This document shows positions 19,583 to 32,454 of a stretch of DNA of 56,718 bases, one piece after another. Location of the stretch: assembly GCA_963835065.1 (NCBI GenBank), contig CAWIEK010000005.1, forward strand, positions 1 through 56,718. The letters are read 5' to 3'. This DNA comes from an uncultured Chthonomonadaceae bacterium. Its GTDB lineage: Bacteria; Armatimonadota; Chthonomonadetes; Chthonomonadales; Chthonomonadaceae. Every line of letters starts with the position of its first letter. Position 1 is the first letter of the stretch. The position numbers and the translations under genes were made by a program. The notes under the pieces were generated by a model that saw only the letters and a program-made list of their open reading frames with translations, searched no databases and had not been told where the DNA came from.

Positions 19583-20569
19583 ATGCCGCAAATTGTCGTG
19601 GAAAACTTGCGCAAGACGTTTCAGGTTGCGGAACGGCAGGCGGGGATGTGGGGCGCGATTCGAGGGCTGGCGGCGCGGAAATATCGTACCGTAACCGCCT
19701 TGAATGACATTTCCTTTGCTTTGGACGCGGGAGAACTCGTCGGCTACATCGGGCCCAACGGCGCGGGCAAAAGCACGACGGTTAAGGCGCTGTCGGGCAT
19801 TCTCGTGCCGGATAGCGGGCGCTGCGAAGTATTGGGGTACGTTCCCTGGCGTGACCGGCGCGAATATGTCGCCCACATCGGCGTGGTTTTCGGGCAGCGA
19901 ACGCAGTTGTGGTGGGACTTGCCCGTTGTCGAGTCGTTCGATCTGTTGCGCGACATTTACCGGGTTCCCGCGCCGCAATACCGGCAGACGCGAGACGAAC
20001 TGATTGCATTGCTGTCACTTGCGCCGTTTCTGGACACGCCCGTGCGCCAACTCAGTTTGGGACAACGGATGCGCTGCGATCTGGCGGCGGCATTGATTCA
20101 CGCGCCGCCCCTGCTGTTTCTGGACGAGCCGACGATTGGATTAGACGCGGTTTCCAAATTGGCCGCGCGCGACTTCATCAAAAAACTCAACCGCGAGCGG
20201 GGCGTGACCGTGATTTTGACCACGCACGACATGGACGACATCGAAGCCCTGTGTACCCGCGTGATCGTCATCGGCAGTGGGCAAATTTTGTCGGACGGCA
20301 GCCTGGAGCATCTGCGGCAGCGCGTCACGCGGGAACGCTGGCTGATCGTTGACCTGGAAGAAGAACACGCCGCCATTACCGACCCGGACGCTACGGTACT
20401 GCGGCAGGAAGGGCGGCAAGTGTGCCTGCGCTTCGACCCGCAGCGCGTGTCCACCGCCGCCCTGATCGCCCGCATCACCTCGGTCTACAGCGTGAAAGAC
20501 TTGTTCGTTCAGAACCCGCCGATTGAGGAAATCATTGCGCGGCTGTACACACAGGGGAATGGTGAATGA
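19583..20569 (+). CDS. ABC transporter ATP-binding protein
   Basis: GPNGAGKST, LSLGQ, LDEPT, TTH. Confidence 0.93.
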   Translation: MPQIVVENLRKTFQVAERQAGMWGAIRGLAARKYRTVTALNDISFALDAGELVGYIGPNGAGKSTTVKALSGILVPDSGRCEVLGYVPWRDRREYVAHIGVVFGQRTQLWWDLPVVESFDLLRDIYRVPAPQYRQTRDELIALLSLAPFLDTPVRQLSLGQRMRCDLAAALIHAPPLLFLDEPTIGLDAVSKLAARDFIKKLNRERGVTVILTTHDMDDIEALCTRVIVIGSGQILSDGSLEHLRQRVTRERWLIVDLEEEHAAITDPDATVLRQEGRQVCLRFDPQRVSTAALIARITSVYSVKDLFVQNPPIEEIIARLYTQGNGE

Positions 20570-20620
20570 TGAATGATGAGTAATGAGTAGAATTCCATTC
20601 ATCATTCATCATTCATCATT
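20557..20620. repeat. Heptamer (GAATGAT/ATCATTC) palindromic element
   Basis: Inverted tandem units that supply the stop codon of the ABC ATPase. Confidence 0.85.
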
Positions 20621-20633
20621 TTGGAGTGCTAAC

Positions 20634-21437
20634 GTGCCTACCGTCCTGCGCCCTTACATTTCCGTTGCCGCCGCGCGGTTTCGCGCCATGCTGCAATACC
20701 GGGCGGCGGCCATTGCAGGCTTTGGAACGCAGTTGTTCTGGGGCTTGATTCGCGTCGCCATTTTTACGGCGTTTTACCATTCCACCTCGCAGCCGCAGCC
20801 GCTTTCCCTGCCGGATATGATCAGTTATTTATGGCTTACGCAGGCGATGTTCGCGCTGGCGATGTGGAACGTGGATGCAGACGTCAGGAGTATGATTCGT
20901 TCGGGTACGGTTGCGTATGAGATGTTGCGGCCATTGGATTTGTACGGCCTGTGGTACAGCCGCGCCCTGGCTGCCCGTATCGCGCCCACTCTTTTACGCG
21001 CCATTCCGATGTTCATTGTCGCCATGCTGTTTCTCGGCCTGCGCCTGCCGCCTACAGTGGGCGCGTTTTTCGCGTGGGCGATTGCGACATGCGGAGCCTT
21101 TGCCCTTGCCGCCGCCTTTTCCGCCCTGATGACGATTTCGCTGCTGTACACAGTATCAGGGGATGGCCTGACCCGGCTGGCTCCAACGATCATGTACGTG
21201 TTTTCCGGCCTGCTCATCCCCGTGCCATTGATGCCCGCATGGGCGCAGCCGGTTGTGAACTTTCTGCCGTTTCGCGCGATTATGGACACGCCGTTCCGCC
21301 TGTACACGGGCAACATTCCCGTCGCGCATCTGCCCGCCGTGCTGCTGCATCAAACCGCGTGGATGCTGGTTCTGGTCATGTCAGGCCGTTTGCTGTTGCG
21401 CAACGCTACGCGCCGCCTCGTCGTTCAGGGAGGATAA
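20634..21437 (+). CDS. ABC-2 family permease
   Basis: QYRAA start, G.VAYEMLRP, 6 TM, ends VVQGG. Confidence 0.88.
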   Translation: MPTVLRPYISVAAARFRAMLQYRAAAIAGFGTQLFWGLIRVAIFTAFYHSTSQPQPLSLPDMISYLWLTQAMFALAMWNVDADVRSMIRSGTVAYEMLRPLDLYGLWYSRALAARIAPTLLRAIPMFIVAMLFLGLRLPPTVGAFFAWAIATCGAFALAAAFSALMTISLLYTVSGDGLTRLAPTIMYVFSGLLIPVPLMPAWAQPVVNFLPFRAIMDTPFRLYTGNIPVAHLPAVLLHQTAWMLVLVMSGRLLLRNATRRLVVQGG

Positions 21438-21442
21438 AATCA

Positions 21443-22270
21443 ATGGGTGTTCGGGAAGAACTGCGGGATGGATGGCGACTGTATTGGCGGTACGCGGGTA
21501 TTTCAATGCGCGGGCAGTTGCAGTACCGCGCTTCCTTCGTGATGCTGGCGTTCGGCAACTTATTTGCGACCATTATTGAGTTTGTGGGAATTTGGGCGCT
21601 GTTTGCGCGGTTTGGGAGTTTGAAGGGCTGGCATTTGCCGGAAATCGCGCTGTTTTACGGCATGGTAGGCATGGCGTTTGCCGTTGCGGAAGCGCTTGGC
21701 CGGGGATTTGATACATTCGGCAACGTTGTCAAAGCGGGCGATTTTGATAGATTGCTGCTGCGTCCGCGCAGTACGGCTTTTCAGGTGGCCGCGCAGGAAT
21801 TGCAGTTGATGCGCTTCGGGCGATTTTTGCAGGCATCGGTTGTGCTGATGTGGGCGATTACGCAATTGCGCTCCACGCAAACGCCCGCCAATTTGCTGCT
21901 GATTGCCCTTTCCATTATCGGAGGCGTATGTTTGTTTTACGGCCTGCTGGTGCTTCAGGCAACGCTTTCCTTCTGGACGGTGGAGGGCCTGGAGATTATG
22001 AACACGGTCACGTATGGCGGCACGGAAACCGCGCAGTACCCCCTCAGCATTTACAATCGCTGGTTCCGTAACTTCTTTACGTTTGTGATTCCCCTCGCCT
22101 GTATCAACTACCTGCCGTCGCGCGTCCTGCTGCATCATGCGGGCCTTGCGCCCAACGCGGCTTCGGTTCTGGTCGCGTGGATATCCCCCTTTGTCGGCGT
22201 CCTGTTCCTGCTAATTGCGTTGCGCGTCTGGAACTTCGGCGTCCGCCACTACCGCTCCACCGGCAGCTAA
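21443..22270 (+). CDS. ABC-2 family permease
   Basis: QYRASF, GDFDRLLLRP, YPLSIY, ends YRSTGS. Confidence 0.88.
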   Translation: MGVREELRDGWRLYWRYAGISMRGQLQYRASFVMLAFGNLFATIIEFVGIWALFARFGSLKGWHLPEIALFYGMVGMAFAVAEALGRGFDTFGNVVKAGDFDRLLLRPRSTAFQVAAQELQLMRFGRFLQASVVLMWAITQLRSTQTPANLLLIALSIIGGVCLFYGLLVLQATLSFWTVEGLEIMNTVTYGGTETAQYPLSIYNRWFRNFFTFVIPLACINYLPSRVLLHHAGLAPNAASVLVAWISPFVGVLFLLIALRVWNFGVRHYRSTGS

Positions 22271-22598
22271 CTTTTCCTCTGCATCTTCCTCATAAGGAAA
22301 CGCATCCCATACTTTCAGACTTAAAGATTGCCAGTCCGCCAGTTCCTCTACCAAAGCCGCATTCATCGGCGCATCGGTTAGTTGAATAAATTGATTGCCC
22401 GCTGTAGTCAGATTTGCCATTGTCCTCACCGCCATTACAGCCCTTATGTTCCATTCCAGCTTCTCCATAATACCCTATCGAATAGGGTAACTCAGACGAA
22501 GAAACGTACTCACATTTCAGAATGCCTCGTAGGATAATGGCGACAAAGTGTTAAATCTTGTCTTCACGACAGTTTGATTTTGTGATAAGGGGGCAACA

Positions 22599-23897
22599 AT
22601 GACGTTACAGCCGGAGAAAACGGATGGCGACACGGGTTGGTTTACGCATGACCGCTTTGGGATGTTTATCCACTGGGGATTGTACGCCCTGCCCGCCCGC
22701 CACGAATGGGTGAAAAGCTACGAGAAAATCTCCACGGAAGATTACGAGCAATACTTTCGGCGCTTCGACCCCGATTTGTACGACCCGGATTTGTGGGCGC
22801 AGGCGGCGAGCAACGCAGGCATGAAATACTTTGTCGTAACCACCAAGCACCATGAGGGATTTTGCCTGTGGGACAGTGACCTGACCGCCTACAAAGCGCC
22901 TAATACGCCCGCCAGGCGCGACCTGCTGCGCCCCATGGTGGATGCGTTCCGCCGTCATAATATGCGCGTGGGATTTTACCACTCCCTGCTCGACTGGCAT
23001 CATCCCGATTATACCGCCGATCAGCACCACCCGATGCGCGACAATGACGCCTACCTCGCGGACGATCCAAATCGCGATCTGAACCGCTATGCCGAGTATC
23101 TGCACGGCCAAACCCGCGAACTGCTCACGCGCTACGGCGACATTGACGTGCTGTGGTTCGACTTTTCCGTGGCGCAGTCGGCAAAGTTCTCCGGTAAAGG
23201 CAAGGACATCTGGCAAAGCGAGAAGCTGATCCAATTAGTGCGCGAACTACAGCCGCGTATCATCCTGAATGACCGCCTGCAAATAGATCAGGACGTGAAA
23301 ACCCCGGAGCAGTACCAGCCGCGCGACTGGCTGCGGGTCAATGGCAAGCCGGTCGTGTGGGAAGCGTGTCAGACGTTTTCGGGTTCGTGGGGCTATCACC
23401 GCGACGAGGAAAGCTGGAAAAGCGTGGATTTGCTGGTCAAAATGCTGATTGACAGCGTGAGCAAGGGCGGCAATCTACTGCTCAATGTCGGGCCGACGGG
23501 AAGGGGCGAGTTCGATCAACGCGCGCTGGACCGGCTGGCAGGCATGGGCGAGTGGATGAAGCGGCACAACCGCAGCATTTACGGCTGTACGCAGGCTCCC
23601 GCCGACATTCCCGTTCCGCAGGACTGCCGCCTGACGTACAATCCGGCTAAAAACCGCTTATATGTCCATGTGTTTAGCTGGCCGTTCCGCCATCTGCATC
23701 TGGAAGGGTTGGGCAATCGCGTGGAATATGCGCAACTGCTTAACGACGCTTCAGAAGTGAAGCGCTTAAATCGCGTACCGGAAGAAAGCTACGGAGCGGG
23801 TAACGCTACCGCCCGTCCCGAAACCCTGTTGACACTGGAATTGCCCGTCAAAAAGCCGAACGTGACAGTTCCGGTCATCGAATTGTTCTTGAAATGA
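22599..23897 (+). CDS. Alpha-L-fucosidase (GH29)
   Basis: RFGMFIHWG, TKHHEGF, LWFD, GNLLLNVGP. Confidence 0.93.
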   Translation: MTLQPEKTDGDTGWFTHDRFGMFIHWGLYALPARHEWVKSYEKISTEDYEQYFRRFDPDLYDPDLWAQAASNAGMKYFVVTTKHHEGFCLWDSDLTAYKAPNTPARRDLLRPMVDAFRRHNMRVGFYHSLLDWHHPDYTADQHHPMRDNDAYLADDPNRDLNRYAEYLHGQTRELLTRYGDIDVLWFDFSVAQSAKFSGKGKDIWQSEKLIQLVRELQPRIILNDRLQIDQDVKTPEQYQPRDWLRVNGKPVVWEACQTFSGSWGYHRDEESWKSVDLLVKMLIDSVSKGGNLLLNVGPTGRGEFDQRALDRLAGMGEWMKRHNRSIYGCTQAPADIPVPQDCRLTYNPAKNRLYVHVFSWPFRHLHLEGLGNRVEYAQLLNDASEVKRLNRVPEESYGAGNATARPETLLTLELPVKKPNVTVPVIELFLK

Positions 23898-24198
23898 TTG
23901 TTCTTGAAATAACCGCCTGATGCGGATGCGCGTTCAGAGTATTGGCGTTAGGATGCGGCGCGGCGTTCAGGCGGGAATACGCCGCGCCTGTCAGCGCCAC
24001 AATGAACAGCGCTTTGCGCAGCCAGACGCGCGCCGTTTGAAACCGGGTTGGAACAGGGAGGGAACCGTCCGCTAAATCATCGCATGGGTACTGCATGGCA
24101 CAACTCCTGAGCAAAACAACGAACCAGAACAACAAATCCAGCAAAAATACTGGTATTACCGCGGCTTCGACGTTCCAGAATACAGAGTTGTTCCACAA
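23875..24198 (-). CDS. Small hypothetical membrane protein
   Basis: 107-aa ORF with two hydrophobic segments. Confidence 0.4.
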   Translation of the reverse strand: MWNNSVFWNVEAAVIPVFLLDLLFWFVVLLRSCAMQYPCDDLADGSLPVPTRFQTARVWLRKALFIVALTGAAYSRLNAAPHPNANTLNAHPHQAVISRTIISRTIR

Positions 24199-24216
24199 AT
24201 GGAGCCAAACATCACA

Positions 24217-26452
24217 TTATGGTTTTGGGGTGGTACGCTCTTTTGATGGCATGGGCAGGGTACGGACAAACGCCTCATCGTACTGACGCTGCGCCAATCC
24301 CAAATCTGCGCTTGCGCCGGTTTTGGACTGCGGCGCGGTGAGCGATTTATGTAGCGTTTCCCGCGCTTCGTTCCAGCGTCCCTGCCGATAGTACAAACCG
24401 CCAAGCTGCGACAGTCGGTACGAGTCCGCAAACCGGGCGATCTGCGCTTTGAGTACGGCTTCCTCTTCGCCATACAAGCCCGCATGGTCGCAGGCATACG
24501 CCAGCCAATCCCCGATGATTTGATCGGCGGGATTGACAACCAGCGAAGCGCGGTAATCCCCCGCCGCTTCCGCCCACCTGCCCAATGATTGGTACACGGC
24601 TCCCCGCGCCTGCAGGGTGTTGGACAGGTAGGGGATGTTGTTGTAGCGCAGGCTGCTGCCACTCGCGGCGCGGCGCGGCCAGTCGGGGGCGCGTCCCGCC
24701 CGCGCGATTTCCTCCGGCGTATGCGCTTCGGGAACCATTTGCCGCAGCATCTTGTTGTAACTTTCCAGCGCTTTGTCGTACTGGCCGCGCCCGTTAAACA
24801 CGTATGCTTCCCCACCCCGGGCGGGCGTAAAGTTCGGGTCGGCATGCATTTCCGCGTACATCAGCGCCATATCGTCGCGCCATTGCGGTATGTCGCCACG
24901 AGTGACAACGACAAATCGGACGCAGAACCCAACAAACACAAGCAGCAGCAGGCAAAATCCTGCCGGCACAAGCGGCGAATCTGCTGGCACGAGCGGCGAA
25001 GCGGAAGAATGTTTCCACGCCCACAGCCGCTCCAGACAACATGCGAACCCCGCGCCGAGCAGTCCGCACACGCCCACGAGCGGAATTGCCGCCCGGTAGG
25101 GCGCGACGAACTGCGATGGCACGGGAATGATGTTCAGGCACGGCAGCAATGTCAGCAACAGCCACAACATACAGAAACGGCAGGCGGCATTGCGCCAAAC
25201 CCGCGCAAGCAGCCACAAGGCAAACCCAAGCGCCAGATAGCCGCCTACCGCCACCCAAATCGGCGGCGGGGCAGGCAAATCCGCAGGCAGATTGCGGCCC
25301 AACGGCCCCACCGCCGCCCAATCCCACGGGCCAAGCGTGGACGCATGCATGTGGTCTACCGTCGGCCACAAAAACGAGCCGACAAAGTACCAGCACGTCC
25401 GCCCGATCATCTGAATATGCAGCGGGAAACTCCACAACGATGCCGAGAAGAACGAGCGCGTCGGATCATGCGCCATCTCCGTCAGCGAAACCCGCCGCGC
25501 CAGAAACAGATACGCGCCTATGGGGACCGCATACAAACTCAGCCACGACAGCCTGCGCCAATTCGTAAGCGGATGATGCATCATCAGCAGCAAAGGAGCC
25601 ATGAACACCATCAGCAAACATTGCTCTTTGGTAAAAATCGCCGCCGCAAACCCGCACAGCGACAAGAGAAACCAGAGAAAGGATGAAGGATGAAGGATAG
25701 AAGGATGAATCAGGAGTTGAGAGGGCATCCTCTTCTTCTGTCTCCTCTTCTCCTCCTCTCCTCTTCTCCCCCTCTTCCTTATCCCTTTCTCCTATTTTCA
25801 GCAGGCCGATAGCGAACAGGGCGAGGAAGATGAGCGCCATGTTGTCGGTACGGCCACCAATGAAAGTGGTGACGGGAACATGGAGGGGGTGCAGGGCGAA
25901 CAACGCGCCGCCAATGGCAGCGGGCAGATCGCGCCGGAACAGCAGGCGCAGCAGCCAGAAGACCAACAGCACCACGATGCCATGCTGAACCAGATTTTCC
26001 ACATGGAAGGGAAACGACTCGTCATGCCCGCTTTGCGGCGACACATGAAACCAGCGCTTGCCGAACACGAAACTGATGCCAAGCAGAGGCCGGTAATAAT
26101 ACAGCATCTGCGGGTGCTTGAAGCAGTCCCAGGCGTTCTCGCCGCAGCCGCGCGTTTGCGGGTCGTGCAGCCAGCCATGATCGTCAATGACCGCTTCCCC
26201 CTTCACCCCATCCGCCTGCAGCGCCATCGAAACCAGCGTCATCAGCAAGGCAAACAGATAGTAGAAGGTTGAGGGAGCAGAAAGTGATGAGTGATGAGTG
26301 ATGAGTGATGAATGGGATTCTAATTCATCACTCATCACTCCGCGTTCAGCATTGTCTTCTGTTCCCTGTTCCCTGTTCCCTGTTCCCTGCTCTCCCCTCT
26401 CCTCTTCTTCCTGTTCCCTGTTCCCTGTTCCCTGTTCCCTTTCTATGCTCAT
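24217..26452 (-). CDS. TMTC-like multi-TM glycosyltransferase with C-terminal TPRs; apparent frameshift at 25699
   Basis: DD motif, YYRPL, FALHPLH, GGRTD, KE, TPR helices; SD and ATGA overlap at 26452. Confidence 0.75.
26282..26440. repeat. Composite GGGAACA / TGATGAG heptamer arrays
   Basis: Tandem units at the 5' end of the TMTC-like CDS. Confidence 0.9.
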
Positions 26453-26892
26453 TTCCGGCCTCCTTTCGCGCCGGGCAGGGGCAGGGCGGACGGCTTGGGG
26501 GCGGCGAGAGGAAGCGTTGTTGGCGAAGGCGTTGGAGACGGTTGGAGAGGAACGCGGTAGGCGCGGAACAGGCGTATACTGAGCATCAACGCGCCGACGA
26601 CGAAGGGCAGCAGGGCAAGGCTGGCGATCCAAAAGCCGGGCGTTAGATCACCGGCGCGGGAACGCGCCCATTCCACAATCAGGCCGCCCCAGACAACCGC
26701 GAGCAGGCGCGTCATATCGGCGCGGGCGGCGTAATCCGGGTGGGAACGGGAGGTGCGGCGCAGGCGCGCGAACAATCCGAGCAGCAGTAGCGTCAGGCAG
26801 GCAAGAAGAACAAGGCGCGGGTCGAAATGCGCCGCAGATGGCGGCTGCGGCATTCCGGCAAGCAGCGGGTCGTGGAGTTTATCTGGTTTCAT
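26449..26892 (-). CDS. Hypothetical membrane protein (3 TM)
   Basis: Hydrophobic segments; coupled to the downstream gene. Confidence 0.6.
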   Translation of the reverse strand: MKPDKLHDPLLAGMPQPPSAAHFDPRLVLLACLTLLLLGLFARLRRTSRSHPDYAARADMTRLLAVVWGGLIVEWARSRAGDLTPGFWIASLALLPFVVGALMLSIRLFRAYRVPLQPSPTPSPTTLPLAAPKPSALPLPGAKGGRK

Positions 26893-26900
26893 ATTTTTGG

Positions 26901-27119
26901 AATTAGCCGCGAATGAACGCGAATGAACGCGAATACAGGGATAATCTGCATACAAAGCAGAGCAGTGGAAAATGGCTGTTTGCCGTCAGCTTTCTGCTTC
27001 TATCTTACCGCTTAAATCGGTCACACCGAAGTGTCACGTTTGTATGTGCGTATTGTACGCCACTGGAAGCGTATTCTCCTTGCTAATTCGCGTTCATTCG
27101 CGTTCATTCGCGGCTAATT
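26901..27119. repeat. Inverted 10-mer (AACGCGAATG) arms
   Basis: AATTAGCCGCGAATGAACGCGAATGAACGCGAAT and its reverse complement. Confidence 0.9.
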
Positions 27120-27147
27120 TGCATTATTCCGTGGAGAAAAGACAGCT

Positions 27148-27789
27148 ATGCGCGTGTTGATACTTGCCAATGGTGATCCGCCTTCACCCGAATTGGCGCA
27201 GCATGTTGCGCGGGAAGCCCATTTACGAATTGTTACGGATGGGGCCGCGCACAAAGCGGCGCCGCTTGGCATCGTGCCGGATGTGCTGTGCGGCGACTTT
27301 GATTCCGTTGATTTGGAAGCCGCGCAAAGGGCGTTTCCCAATGTTACTGTTGTTCCCACGCCCGACCAGGAATTTGCCGATCTGGAAAAAGCGATCCTTG
27401 TAGCGCGGGAACGGGGCGCGACTTCCATTGCTATTTTAGGCGCGTTGGGGGGGCGCATGGATCATACGTTGAGCAGTTTCGCGCTTGTGCAGCAGTACGC
27501 GCTGGTTTTGCCTGTGCGCCTGTTGGATGAGCGGGGCGTGACATGGGCTATGATAGGCAAATGTCGGCAGTCCATCGCTGCTAATCCCGGTGACACCATC
27601 TCGCTGGTAACATTCACGAGCGCAACCGTCAGCATTGAAGGCGTTCAGTGGCCGCTTGACCACTTTGCGCTGCGTCCCGGTACACACGGCGTCAGCAACA
27701 TTGCCGCGCAAACGCAGGTTGTTGTCACAGTAGAAACCGGCGGCGTGTTCGTTACGCATTTGTCTTCTGCGCCAAAAGGTTTTCTATAG
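27148..27789 (+). CDS. thiN: Thiamine diphosphokinase
   Basis: DGAA, GDFDS, DQEFADLEKA, GALGGRMDH, GVSN. Confidence 0.9.
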   Translation: MRVLILANGDPPSPELAQHVAREAHLRIVTDGAAHKAAPLGIVPDVLCGDFDSVDLEAAQRAFPNVTVVPTPDQEFADLEKAILVARERGATSIAILGALGGRMDHTLSSFALVQQYALVLPVRLLDERGVTWAMIGKCRQSIAANPGDTISLVTFTSATVSIEGVQWPLDHFALRPGTHGVSNIAAQTQVVVTVETGGVFVTHLSSAPKGFL

Positions 27790-27884
27790 TGACAGGATTT
27801 ACGCGGTCAACGGCGAATTTACACCTGAAGTTTTCTTTCTGTCTGCCCGTCATCCTTCCGAAGTTCGCGCTTCGAGCGTAGTAA

Positions 27885-30332
<2,448 letters not shown>

Positions 30333-30333
30333 G

Positions 30334-30435
30334 TTGTCTGAACCATGATTTTGCATGATTTTGGTGATTACCATGATTGTGAAGTTACATCATCATGGTA
30401 ATCATTATAATCATGCAAAATCATGGTTCAGACAA
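30334..30435. repeat. Second copy of the TTGTCTGAACCATGATT palindromic element
   Basis: Same termini and near-identical length as 16917..17017. Confidence 0.9.
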
Positions 30436-30446
30436 AGGCGCTGCTG

Positions 30447-31082
30447 TCAATCAGGAAGGGCGGTCTGACTGATTTTGCGCTTCACGCGCTGGAGGGCGTT
30501 GTCTACGGCTTTAGTCTGACAGCGCAGTTCCGAGGACATTTCGCGGTACGACTTGCCCTGTAGGTAGTAATCCAGAACTTGAATTTCAAGCGGGGACAGC
30601 GTGGCGCGGATGGCGTCCAGGCGTCCACTGCTTTCGCGCTGCATGAGCAGGGTTTGTTGAGGGTCGAGAGCGCGGCGGTCGGGCAGACTTTCCAGCAGAA
30701 TGCTGTCGCCCTCGCCGTCCGCGCTGAAAGTGTGGTTGAGGGAGATGCAGGCAGTCAGCATGTTGTGCTTCTGGCGCGTGGCGGTTTTCACGGCGGAAAT
30801 GATCTGGCGGGTGACGCACAGGTCGGCGAATGCGCGAAAGTGGGCAAGGCGATCCATGCGAAAATCGCGGATCGCTTTGTACAAGCCGATCATGCCTTCC
30901 TGAACCACATCGTCGTGGTCTGCGCCTAAGAGAAAATAAGCGCGGGCTTTGCTTTCCACGAGCGGACGGTAGCGTGACAGCAGCAGTTCTGTGGCGTGAC
31001 GACTGCCGGTGACGGCGCGGCGCGCAAGTTCCTCATCACTCGGCAAAGCATAGGGCGTGGAGTGGGGGCAAGCCATGACCAT
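30447..31082 (-). CDS. sigH: SigH-like RNA polymerase sigma factor
   Basis: YFLLGADHDDVVQEGMIGLYKAIRDF, TATRQKH, KAVDNALQRVKRK. Confidence 0.88.
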   Translation of the reverse strand: MVMACPHSTPYALPSDEELARRAVTGSRHATELLLSRYRPLVESKARAYFLLGADHDDVVQEGMIGLYKAIRDFRMDRLAHFRAFADLCVTRQIISAVKTATRQKHNMLTACISLNHTFSADGEGDSILLESLPDRRALDPQQTLLMQRESSGRLDAIRATLSPLEIQVLDYYLQGKSYREMSSELRCQTKAVDNALQRVKRKISQTALPD

Positions 31083-31231
31083 GGGCGGAGCCTTTCCCTG
31101 CGCGCCGACAAACAAGGCCGGGCGCGCTGCAAATGCGCTGTAGCTCCCGCGCGGGAGTACCAAAGCCGGAACCAAAACGCTCAAACGGGCGAGCGTTTGT
31201 TTGATGGATTGAAAAGAATAACCGTAAGCGC

Positions 31232-31294
31232 TTATCCCAATTGGCCGGGTACTGAAAGTACCCGGCAGGAAAGGTCAAGCGTCCTGCGGACGCA
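31232..31294. repeat. Two-hairpin REP-like repeat
   Basis: Reverse-complement near-copy of 11869..11931. Confidence 0.75.
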
Positions 31295-31467
31295 AATGCC
31301 GCGCCAATTAGGAGAGGTTTTAAGCCGCATGTCGTAAAGGCCGCGAACCTATAATCACAGTGTAGAGCAACCTTGCGATTCTGTCAAGGGGTTGCGGCAA
31401 TAATTTCTCAGGTTTGTTTCCTATCTCCCCTTCTCCTAACTCTGTGAGAAGGGATTGGGGTTGAGGG

Positions 31468-32316
31468 CTACTCCCAGCGGTCTATGCCGAGGAGTTTGCG
31501 TCCGAGCGGGGTCAGTTTTGCGGTTGTGCCGAAACGCTCTTCCTGCTTGCGCGGGTCGCCGGGAAAGACCGAGCCGCCGGGCGGCAGGCGGTGCTGCCAG
31601 CAAAAGGCGCGGATTTTGCGCGCTTCGTCGCTGAGTTGGGAAGCGGGGAACATGGTGATGTACTGCGAGTAGCGGGGGCGCGTAGAAACGTTGTGACCGT
31701 TGCCGTGCGCCAGAGTGTTGTTCCAGATAATCAGGTCGCCGGTTTTGGCGGCAATGGGCGTCACCTTCATGCCGTCAGGCAGACGGGACAGATCGGGCAT
31801 ACGGGGGTTGCGATCCGCAGGCTGTTCGGCAATCCACGCGCCTAAATTTTTGTGAAAGCCGGGAATGCACTGGAAGCCGCCCATATCCTCGTCCGTATCC
31901 GACAGGCACAAAACCGCCTGTACGCCCAGGCGGGTCGGCAGTTTCGATGTATCCACATCCCAATGCGTAAACCCTTTGTGGTCGTATTCGGGATGGTCGG
32001 GATGCCGGGGCAATTTCATGCCCACGCGGTCAATACTGACAGCCAGATGCGGCGTACCTAAAATCTCGGCAAACGCTTCGTACAATTTCGGGTACTGGCG
32101 GTTGTCCCATTCCGCCGGATGCTGGTACATTTCGATCATGCCGCCGGGTTTCAGGGGTTCGCGGTAACTGTCATTGATATTGTTCCGGTCCAGCCCCAAA
32201 AACTCCCAGAGGCTGTCAATCACACGGTCACAATTCTCTTTCGGAACCACTTCCCGCGCAACCACATAGCCCTGCTCGTCAAAAAACCGGCGATCTTCTT
32301 CCGACAAAATAGCCAT
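31468..32316 (-). CDS. Phytanoyl-CoA dioxygenase family protein
   Basis: F.EQGY start, HWD and LAHG Fe/2OG ligands. Confidence 0.85.
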   Translation of the reverse strand: MAILSEEDRRFFDEQGYVVAREVVPKENCDRVIDSLWEFLGLDRNNINDSYREPLKPGGMIEMYQHPAEWDNRQYPKLYEAFAEILGTPHLAVSIDRVGMKLPRHPDHPEYDHKGFTHWDVDTSKLPTRLGVQAVLCLSDTDEDMGGFQCIPGFHKNLGAWIAEQPADRNPRMPDLSRLPDGMKVTPIAAKTGDLIIWNNTLAHGNGHNVSTRPRYSQYITMFPASQLSDEARKIRAFCWQHRLPPGGSVFPGDPRKQEERFGTTAKLTPLGRKLLGIDRWE

Positions 32317-32454
32317 AGCCCAACGTTCTCCTTGCTTCAAGAGATGGATAATCTACTCGCTATTTTGCGACACCGCCGCGCTTATTTCCTGCCTGTCCAC
32401 ACTTCTTCTGTATTCCATCTTCCCACATTCCTATATTCTCACATTCCCCTATTC

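Noticed and set aside
22211..22468. 85-aa minus-strand ORF
   Set aside because: Overlaps the permease 3' end by 60 nt with no recognisable motif; cannot be supported
25679..25710. Phase variation by heptamer copy number in the TMTC-like gene
   Set aside because: The shift comes from one extra base inside a unit (TTCTATCC), like the other probable sequencing indels
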